IMG/VR virus record: IMGVR_UViG_2667527792_000001
Location: 1 to 5,522 of that record
Reading direction: 5' to 3' (one strand)
Source: a virus
Taxonomy: Duplodnaviria > Heunggongvirae > Uroviricota > Caudoviricetes
Length of the DNA: 5,522 nucleotides
Shown here: piece by piece, positions 1-5,330 of the stretch
Layout of the letters: each line of letters opens with the position of its first letter
Numbering within the stretch: position 1 is the stretch's first letter
Program-made: the position numbers and the translations under genes
The notes under the pieces: model-generated
Database searches by the model: none
The model's input: the letters and a program-made list of their open reading frames with translations, nothing else
Told to the model about the DNA's origin: nothing

Positions 1-657
1 ACCGACTATTTGCAACAGTGCCGTGTACATCGAAATACGGCTTATCAGGCGTTAAAAGATGCTTGCGATGACTTGTTTGCAAGACAATTCAGTTATCAGA
101 GTCTTAGTGAAAAAGGTAACACTATTAATCACAAATCAAGATGGGTGAGCGAGGTGGTGAAAAAACGCGGTGACCTCCTCGACCTCGAACCAGACAGCTT
201 CGATCAAAACATTGCCATTAACACCCGCGCGCCGTTCTTCCTTGCTCAGGCATTCAGTAAGCGCTTACTGGCACAGCCGAAACCGGAAGCGGAGCTGCCG
301 CACCGCTCGATTATTTTCGTCAGTTCCATCAACGCCATCATGCTGGCGATGAATCGCGGCGAATACACCATTGCCAAAACCGCCGTTTCTGCCGCTGCTC
401 GTCTGTTTGCTGCTCGCCTTTGTAATGAACAAATTGGCGTTTATGAAGTGCGCCCTGGTCTCATCAAAACCGATATGACTATTCCGGCAACGGCTTATTA
501 CGACGAACTGATTGCCAAAGGTCTGGTGCCGTGGGGACGTTGGGGTTATCCGGCTGATATTGCTTCCACTGTCCGCGCGATGGCGGAAGGTAAACTGATT
601 TACACCTGTGGTCAGGCGGTCGCCATCGACGGCGGCTTAAGTATGCCGCGCTTCTGA
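1..657 (+). CDS. Short-chain dehydrogenase/reductase (SDR) family oxidoreductase, 5'-partial (frame is open to the window edge; stop TGA at 655-657)
   Basis: Frame 1 is open from base 1. The translation has SDR hallmarks: a Ser in FVSSINAIM about 14 residues before the catalytic Y-x3-K (YTIAK), then the PG motif region (VRPGLIKTDMT) and a C-terminal IDGG. The NAD(P)-binding N-terminus is outside the window. Specific enzyme not identifiable by eye. Confidence 0.7.
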   Translation, partial: TDYLQQCRVHRNTAYQALKDACDDLFARQFSYQSLSEKGNTINHKSRWVSEVVKKRGDLLDLEPDSFDQNIAINTRAPFFLAQAFSKRLLAQPKPEAELPHRSIIFVSSINAIMLAMNRGEYTIAKTAVSAAARLFAARLCNEQIGVYEVRPGLIKTDMTIPATAYYDELIAKGLVPWGRWGYPADIASTVRAMAEGKLIYTCGQAVAIDGGLSMPRF

Positions 658-703
658 GGCTGAATCATGAGAGATCTGTTACAACGCCCGGATTTATTCA
701 GTA

Positions 704-988
704 TCAATACCGCAACACTGGGCTATAAAACGCCGCTACNAACAGCGCCTTGTTATAGTTGTCCAGATCGCGGATCCGGTTATCCGGAGGAAACAACACG
801 ATCTCCACTGAAGCTGGTGCCGACGTTGGTTTCGGCAGACGGCGTAACTGCTCAATGATGGCGGCACACGCCGCGCCCTGGAATTTACGCCCCGCCGCGC
901 TTATCAGGCTCTTACCTGCAAAAGCCCCTTTGTTGGGGTGTCGCCAGTACGTGTTCACGCTGGGGGGAAACGGCAGGATCAGCTTCAT
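704..988 (-). CDS. rusA: RusA-family Holliday junction resolvase, C-terminally truncated (94 codons; probably an inactive remnant)
   Basis: N-terminus LILPFPPSVNTYWRH and the motif RIRDLDNYNKA parallel E. coli RusA (ITLPWPPSNNRYYRH; RRRDLDNLQKA). Similarity stops about 12 residues after the DLDN motif, and the ORF ends at residue 94 with no equivalent of the third catalytic Asp. Both other frames hit stops immediately. ATG at 988-986 overlaps the upstream stop (ATGA). An ambiguous base (n at 740) falls in codon 83. Confidence 0.75.
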   Translation of the reverse strand: MKLILPFPPSVNTYWRHPNKGAFAGKSLISAAGRKFQGAACAAIIEQLRRLPKPTSAPASVEIVLFPPDNRIRDLDNYNKALXVAAFYSPVLRY

Positions 989-1311
989 ACTTTCAGCCCC
1001 CTCTCATGTAACCAGTGGGCTGCACGCAGCCTGCCGTTTTCCTCACCGGCAAGCAGTGCGCGGATAATCCCGACCGCCTCGCTGTCGTCGTCCTTCACCG
1101 CGGTATGAAGCGTTATCCCCCGGGCCACGCCACGCTTTATCGTGATGACGCCTTTTTTCTCCAGTGCGCGAAGATGCTCTACCGCTGCATTCACTGAACG
1201 GTATCCCAGCATGGTTGCCACCTCCTGATTAGTTGGCGGGAAGCCACGTTCTTGCTGGTAAGAAATCAGCATATCCAGCACCTGCTGCTGGCATTGAGTT
1301 AACGTCGTCAT
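985..1311 (-). CDS. LexA N-terminal DNA-binding domain homologue (winged HTH), lacking the S24 peptidase domain
   Basis: MTTLTQCQQQVLDMLISYQQERGFPPTNQEVATMLGYRSVNAAVEHLRALEKKGVITIKRGVARGITL aligns closely by eye with the E. coli LexA N-terminal domain ([68 protein letters not shown]). The protein is only 108 aa and has no Ala-Gly/Ser/Lys peptidase module. ATGA overlaps at both ends (1308-1311 and 985-988). Confidence 0.7.
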   Translation of the reverse strand: MTTLTQCQQQVLDMLISYQQERGFPPTNQEVATMLGYRSVNAAVEHLRALEKKGVITIKRGVARGITLHTAVKDDDSEAVGIIRALLAGEENGRLRAAHWLHERGLKV

Positions 1312-1961
1312 GCCGCCATCTCCCTGACCAGTTTTTCCGCCTGCTGGCGAACCTGCACCAGAAACGCCTCACCACATGCCTCAAGTTCATCGCGCCCGAT
1401 GTAGCTGATTGCCGGTCCCTTCCAGGTCTTGTCGAAAACAGCAATAGCACCAGCGAAGAAAGCACCTGTCGGCACCTGCTTCTCGTCCTTCGGGATAAAC
1501 CAGGCAGGCAGTTCAAAACCAATACGCCCGCGAATAAAAGCAATATGGTCCGCATCTTCCGGCCACCACACTTCACTGGTGGCAGCTTTGATCAGGAAAA
1601 CATAGCGCCCGCCTTTATCACGCATGGCACTGGCATGTTTCATGATGTAACGCATGCCGGTGATGTATTGCCCCTCATGCTGACTGGCGCGGCTGTATGG
1701 GGGATTACCAAAGGCAGCACCTTTAAGCTCCGCAAGGCGTTCTGACCAGTCATGCGCCAGCGCGTTGTCTTCCGCCGTGTAATACGCGGCACATTTGGCG
1801 TTATCACCGTCAGTGAACAGATCCAGAACAAACGGGCCAAACAGGGTGTTAATTCCCCAGAAAATGTTGTCCGGCGTGCGCCACTGATCGCCCACTTCCT
1901 TCAGTTCATGGGCTGGTTTGTTCCGCAGTTCCACCAGTGCCTGACAATATTTATTACTCAT
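1308..1961 (-). CDS. Phage Dam-family N6-adenine DNA methyltransferase
   Basis: Contains the amino-methyltransferase catalytic motif NPPY (AAFGNPPYS); length and organisation fit the phage Dam family. Start chosen at ATG 1961-1959 (MSNKYCQ...), preceded by GGGGG 4 nt upstream; an in-frame GTG at 1994 is an alternative start. Stop overlaps the next gene's ATG (ATGA at 1308-1311). Confidence 0.8.
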   Translation of the reverse strand: MSNKYCQALVELRNKPAHELKEVGDQWRTPDNIFWGINTLFGPFVLDLFTDGDNAKCAAYYTAEDNALAHDWSERLAELKGAAFGNPPYSRASQHEGQYITGMRYIMKHASAMRDKGGRYVFLIKAATSEVWWPEDADHIAFIRGRIGFELPAWFIPKDEKQVPTGAFFAGAIAVFDKTWKGPAISYIGRDELEACGEAFLVQVRQQAEKLVREMAA

Positions 1962-2152
1962 TAAGCCCCCACGTAATTCCCTGACAGATACCACTCTTCA
2001 CCCGATGCAGCGCGCTTGCTGCTTTTCTGTAAGCACTGCTCACGACGCGCCAGAAAATTGTTTCGTTCTGGCTGGGAGTGGCTTTCACGGAATACCGCCA
2101 TCCACACGGTTGCAGCACGACGGTATAAGCCCCTGGACTCCAGTTCTTCAGC

Positions 2153-2449
2153 CTAGCGGGTCAGGCACAAAATCACCCGTGGATCGTTAGTGCCGACATA
2201 GAAATTGCGCACAGGTCTGGTTTCTCGAACTGGTTGTGGTTCCGGTTCCTGCGCTCTCTCAGTCAGGCGCGGGAAATGTCTGCGTGTATCTCCTTCACAA
2301 CGGTGAGCCACACGCCCACTCTGACGTAACTTGCTTGCTGACTGCAGAACGCGCTGCCGTGAGTAACCTGCAAAAGCATCCGCAATGTCTCCGGAAGTAC
2401 ATCCCGGATGGGCTTCAATGAATTTCTGAACTTCATTCAAAAGACTCAT
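2153..2449 (-). CDS. Hypothetical small protein (possible winged-helix fold); may be the N-terminal part of an amber-interrupted gene
   Basis: ORF starting at ATG 2449-2447 (MSLLNEVQKFIEAHPGCTSGDIADAFAGYSRQRVLQSASKLRQSGRV...), immediately after the replication gene stop (TGA 2454-2452). Ends at TAG 2155-2153, with the same frame staying open for 46 more codons downstream. No family recognised. Confidence 0.4.
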   Translation of the reverse strand: MSLLNEVQKFIEAHPGCTSGDIADAFAGYSRQRVLQSASKLRQSGRVAHRCEGDTRRHFPRLTERAQEPEPQPVRETRPVRNFYVGTNDPRVILCLTR

Positions 2450-2451
2450 GA

Positions 2452-3393
2452 TCACCCCCTGAATCCTGCCGGGATCTGGCTGTAGTCCACGTTGTCGTAA
2501 CTGGATTTGAAGTACGGGTCTTCGCGTTTTTCGGTGTACGTGCTGACGGACGGTGATAAGCGCAGGGAAAGCTCATCCCATTTTTCCCGCAACTTCGACG
2601 GGCTGAGCACGTTACGGCACCAGAACGGATCGCGGCTGACGCGGCTGTACATCTCGCAGATTTGTTTGTGAGTACGACCATCCTGCACACACATCAGGCG
2701 AATTTCGTTTGCCCAGGCTGTCCAGTTCGGTTCTTTGGGACGAACCACCTCGCCGTCACATTCGGCGGCTTGCTCGTACAGGGCGATGATTTTTTTCCAG
2801 AGCCACTGTGCGCAGGTCAAATCATCCTGCGTTCCCCACTGGCGCTTTTTAGGGCTGAATACAACCGCATCAGGATGGCGAGTTAAAAAATCCTGTTCAT
2901 CCGTCTGCGTGTCCGGTTGCGAAGCGTCCGGACGAGAAGGTTTTTTATCTGACGGATCATGTTTTGATTTTACTGACGGATCCCCGCCAGATTCTGACGG
3001 GTGAAAACCCGCTTTTTTGCCAGATTTCGACGCATCAAATTTTGACGGGTCAGATTTTGATGCGTCAGATTTTGACGGGTCAGAATCTGGCAGTTGAGAA
3101 AATGCCGCTGCCTGAAGCTTCGCAACGTTAAGCTGATAAACATTCGACGCATTGCGGTTACCCTGGCGACGCGCCTTACGCGTTAACCAGCCTTCTGCTT
3201 CCAGCCGTGCGATAGCCGTCCTGACGGTACTCATCCCCGCGCCAATCTGACGGGCAATAGTTTCAATTGATGGCCAGCACACACCTTCGTCATTACTGAA
3301 ATCAGCCAGGCGGGCCATAATTGCCACGCTGGATAATTTCATGCCTGATGCAGCGCAACCATCCCATACATAGCCGGTTAATTTAGTGCTCAT
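2452..3393 (-). CDS. Phage replication initiation protein (lambda O-like): N-terminal HTH DNA-binding domain, repetitive Ser/Asp/Pro/Lys linker encoded by the iterons, C-terminal domain
   Basis: The N-terminal ~90 aa (SSVAIMARLADFSNDEGVCWPSIETIARQIGAGMSTVRTAIARLEAEGWL) resemble the HTH domain of phage replication initiators. The central region DSDPSKSDASKSDPSKFDASKS is encoded by tandem 15-bp DNA repeats, as in lambda O where ori lies within the gene. ATG 3393-3391 is preceded by AGAGG. Confidence 0.75.
   Translation of the reverse strand: MSTKLTGYVWDGCAASGMKLSSVAIMARLADFSNDEGVCWPSIETIARQIGAGMSTVRTAIARLEAEGWLTRKARRQGNRNASNVYQLNVAKLQAAAFSQLPDSDPSKSDASKSDPSKFDASKSGKKAGFHPSESGGDPSVKSKHDPSDKKPSRPDASQPDTQTDEQDFLTRHPDAVVFSPKKRQWGTQDDLTCAQWLWKKIIALYEQAAECDGEVVRPKEPNWTAWANEIRLMCVQDGRTHKQICEMYSRVSRDPFWCRNVLSPSKLREKWDELSLRLSPSVSTYTEKREDPYFKSSYDNVDYSQIPAGFRG
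2946..3095. repeat. Iteron array (candidate origin of replication) inside the replication initiator gene
   Basis: Five tandem 15-bp units at 3021-3095 (consensus about CAGATTTTGACGGGT; 3036-3050 and 3066-3080 differ at one position). A further 14/15 copy lies at 2988-3002, and two more TGACGG cores sit near 2950 and 2974. T-runs flank the array. Confidence 0.55.
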
Positions 3394-3402
3394 GACCGAC
3401 CT

Positions 3403-3741
3403 CTATTTCCCTGAATTTACGACGAAACTGTTCGAGCGGGCTGAAGCACTCATGCTCATAGCCTTCGCGGAGGTAGATAACTCGTTGTGTTTCCGGCTCC
3501 CAACGAATGACTCTGACGGGCACTCCGTAGTGATCTTTGAACCAGCGGTTAACTTGTCGCAAAGGACTGTCTCCTTCTGCCGGTTGAAATCACCCACAGC
3601 CCACTCAGCAAAGCTGTGGGTTACAATTTCCCTGTCACCTGGTACATTAACTGCATAGCAATACTCCACCTTCGCTTTTCCACCCGGTACAGGAAGCGCA
3701 ATCAGTTGCGAGCGACGGTAGTGTGTTGTTAAACTGTTCAT
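3403..3741 (-). CDS. Hypothetical protein (112 aa)
   Basis: Co-oriented ORF in the operon; its ATG at 3741-3739 overlaps the upstream stop (ATGA at 3738-3741) and its stop TAG (3405-3403) sits 9 nt before the replication gene start. No recognisable family; the C-terminal third is low-complexity, so a frameshift or a shorter true product is possible. Confidence 0.4.
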   Translation of the reverse strand: MNSLTTHYRRSQLIALPVPGGKAKVEYCYAVNVPGDREIVTHSFAEWAVGDFNRQKETVLCDKLTAGSKITTECPSESFVGSRKHNELSTSAKAMSMSASARSNSFVVNSGK

Positions 3742-4346
3742 GCGTTAGTTTCTCCACAGTCACGACACGCCACGGCGCCCGGAGCTGCACACTCGCGGGC
3801 GTCATTACTTTCTGAAATGCAAAAGATTTTGTAGACCAGTGCTGCATGCTCCTGCAGCTTCGAAATTGAGAGATACAGCTCGTCGTTAATTGCTGTCTTC
3901 TCATGCGGTTCCACCACACCGTCTTCGATTGCCGAACGAATCTGTCTGGAATAACTGCCAATCTGTTCAATGACTTCCAGCAGGCGCTGGTTAATATCGG
4001 CGTTGTCCACATCCTCGACGTCAGGAAGAGACACAAAGACGCCATTTGCAGACTGCGCCACAGCGTCAGCAATGAAGTGAGTTCCACCAGCACGTTGCAA
4101 AATCATTGCCCATCCCAGCGGGAAAATCTGATCGCCATCGGCACGAAGGCGGTTAAATAATGCGTTTTCTGTTACATCCAGCCAGTCAGCTGCTTCAGCG
4201 TAACCACCCGGCAACGCTGCGATAGTTTTTCTGACAGCTTTCACGTACCACTCAGGCTGTTTTTCTACTTTCCAGTGATGCTTACCCACGGTTAGCCTCA
4301 TCGTTCTGTGGTTTCTGTTAATCGATTTATCCATTAGATTTTTCAT
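3738..4346 (-). CDS. CII-like / YdaT-family phage regulatory protein (putative)
   Basis: Sits immediately downstream of the Cro-like gene, the position held by CII/YdaT-type regulators in lambdoid prophages; about 200 aa. Start is uncertain: ATG candidates at 4346, 4334 and 4301, all with weak RBS, and the ORF track's GTG at 4403 overlaps cro. Family assignment rests on position and general character, not a confident motif match. Confidence 0.5.
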   Translation of the reverse strand: MKNLMDKSINRNHRTMRLTVGKHHWKVEKQPEWYVKAVRKTIAALPGGYAEAADWLDVTENALFNRLRADGDQIFPLGWAMILQRAGGTHFIADAVAQSANGVFVSLPDVEDVDNADINQRLLEVIEQIGSYSRQIRSAIEDGVVEPHEKTAINDELYLSISKLQEHAALVYKIFCISESNDARECAAPGAVACRDCGETNA

Positions 4347-4527
4347 AAAGCTCAGGTTTAAATGGCAACCGTCCGCAAGTTCTATATGCAGCTTCTGCTG
4401 CACGTCCTTTTGGAATTAACTGGCCCGGACGGTTTCGCCACTGATAAACGGCTTCAGTTGTTATGCCGAAAAAAGCAGCAACTTTCTCAATACTGCCGAA
4501 GTAGCTTTCGATATCGTCAGTTGTCAT
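4327..4527 (-). CDS. cro: Cro/YdaS-like HTH DNA-binding protein (lytic-side regulator of the immunity switch)
   Basis: 66-aa protein divergent from the CI-like repressor. HTH segment IEKVAAFFGITTEAVYQWRNR is typical of Cro/YdaS-type proteins. ATG 4527-4525 is preceded by GGAGGG. Confidence 0.7.
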   Translation of the reverse strand: MTTDDIESYFGSIEKVAAFFGITTEAVYQWRNRPGQLIPKGRAAEAAYRTCGRLPFKPELYEKSNG

Positions 4528-4624
4528 ACGCCCTCCAAGCTAAGTTTTATTAGATGCTAATTACAAATCTATCTTTGGTCAATAAAAACTAAGATTACTT
4601 AGCAATTCAAGAAATGGTGCTCCT
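4528..4624. promoter_or_regulatory. cI-cro intergenic immunity switch with two 14-bp operator-like palindromes and divergent promoter candidates
   Basis: Sites CTAAGTTTTATTAG (4540-4553) and CTAAGATTACTTAG (4589-4602). A leftward promoter candidate for cro has -35 TTGACC (complement of 4577-4582), a 17-bp spacer and -10 TAGCAT (complement of 4554-4559), placing the first site over the start region and the second just upstream of -35. The rightward cI promoter is less clear (for example TTACAA 4561-4566 with TAAAAA 4583-4588). Confidence 0.55.
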
Positions 4625-5251
4625 ATGGAAACGGTTGGTCAGCGTATAAAAGCTCTGAGAAGAGTTACCGGAACGTCCCAGAAAGAATTGGGTAAATTTT
4701 GTGGAGTAAGCGACGTTGCTGTGGGGTACTGGGAGAAAGACATCAATACCCCTGGTGGGGAGGCACTTTCGAAATTAGCGAAGTTCTTCAATACGTCAAT
4801 AGATTACATTCTTTATGGTGCTGAGTTTGAAGGCAAACTCGTCACAAACATGCGCAGAGTTCCTGTAATATCGTGGGTTCAGGCTGGGCAGTTTACTGAG
4901 TGCAGGGCAGCAGAAGTGTTTAGTGAAGTGGACAAGTGGGTAGATACATCATTAAAGATTGGTGATAACTCATTTGCATTAGAGGTTAAAGGTGACTCCA
5001 TGACTAACCCTAATGGCCTCCCAACAATACCAGAAGGCGCAACAGTGATTGTAGATCCAGATGCAGAACCTCGTCATGGAAAAATAGTCATCGCTCGACT
5101 TGATGGAACAAACGAAGCTACAGTAAAAAAATTAGTCATCGATGGCCCTCAAAAGTTTTTAGTGCCATTAAATCCTCGGTATCCCAACATCCCTATCAAT
5201 GGTAATTGCCTTATCATTGGTGTAGTCAAAGGAGTTCAATACGAACTCTAA
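4625..5251 (+). CDS. cI: CI-like prophage repressor (XRE-type HTH plus LexA-like S24 peptidase domain; predicted RecA-stimulated autocleavage)
   Basis: N-terminal HTH (TSQKELGKFCGVSDVAVGYWE). C-terminal S24 module with an Ala-Gly cleavage site (VQAG, A87-G88), catalytic Ser in GDSM (S125) and Lys in TVKKL (K168/169). Divergent to cro across a 97-bp intergenic region. Confidence 0.85.
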   Translation: METVGQRIKALRRVTGTSQKELGKFCGVSDVAVGYWEKDINTPGGEALSKLAKFFNTSIDYILYGAEFEGKLVTNMRRVPVISWVQAGQFTECRAAEVFSEVDKWVDTSLKIGDNSFALEVKGDSMTNPNGLPTIPEGATVIVDPDAEPRHGKIVIARLDGTNEATVKKLVIDGPQKFLVPLNPRYPNIPINGNCLIIGVVKGVQYEL

Positions 5252-5273
5252 GACCTCTCTTCTCTAACTAAGG

Positions 5274-5306
5274 CACCGAACTAAGAAAAGTTTGGTGTTT
5301 TCTCTT
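5274..5306 (+). terminator. Candidate intrinsic terminator downstream of cI
   Basis: Stem CACCGAAC (5274-5281) pairs with GTTTGGTG (5290-5297): 8 bp including one G-U, 8-nt loop, followed by TTTCTCTT. The stem is modest, so confidence is low. Confidence 0.3.
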
Positions 5307-5316
5307 GCCATAATAA

Positions 5317-5330
5317 CTAAGTTAAGTTAG
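5317..5330. promoter_or_regulatory. Third copy of the operator-like palindrome, downstream of cI (OL-like candidate)
   Basis: CTAAGTTAAGTTAG matches the CTAAG-N4-nTTAG pattern of the two intergenic sites. It lies in an AT-rich stretch with -35/-10-like hexamers (TTGCCA 5305-5310; TAGATT 5328-5333). Confidence 0.4.

Noticed and set aside
658-703. Inverted repeat CTGAAT/ATTCAG between the convergent SDR and rusA genes as a bidirectional terminator
   Set aside because: The stem is only 6 bp and AT-rich, with a loop of about 30 nt and no flanking U-tract, which is too weak to call a terminator.
759-1745. Plus-strand ORFs 759-1067, 1015-1197, 1233-1745 and 1752-1964 from the six-frame track
   Set aside because: They are antisense to well-supported minus-strand genes (rusA, the LexA-like gene, dam), have no recognisable motifs, and lack the start/stop coupling seen on the minus strand. 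They are most likely frame shadows.
2946-3095. Possible CRISPR array suggested by short tandem repeats
   Set aside because: Units are only 15 bp, are contiguous without unique spacers, and lie in-frame within a protein-coding gene. They are iterons that also encode a protein linker.
2970-3152. 60-aa minus-strand ORF with a repetitive RQNLT sequence
   Set aside because: It is an alternative frame through the 15-bp iteron repeats inside the replication gene, so the repetitiveness is a by-product of the DNA repeats and not a separate gene.
4084-4091. Chi site (GCTGGTGG) on the minus strand
   Set aside because: A single octamer occurrence is expected by chance in enterobacterial DNA of this length, and no clustering or orientation bias can be assessed within one window.
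2433-4093. Minus-strand overlapping ORFs 2433-2690 and 3647-4093, and plus-strand ORFs 2662-3004, 3386-3658 and 3903-4160
   Set aside because: These are alternative-frame or antisense ORFs nested within the replication initiator, hypothetical and CII-like genes. None has a recognisable motif or an RBS-coupled start, and the co-oriented overlapping gene chain explains the region better.
4327-4403. Toxin-antitoxin pair interpretation of the Cro/YdaS-like and YdaT-like genes
   Set aside because: YdaS/YdaT-type pairs were historically annotated as toxin-antitoxin, but their divergent placement opposite a CI-like repressor, with operators between, fits a Cro/CII-type regulatory role. Nothing in the sequence supports a toxin.
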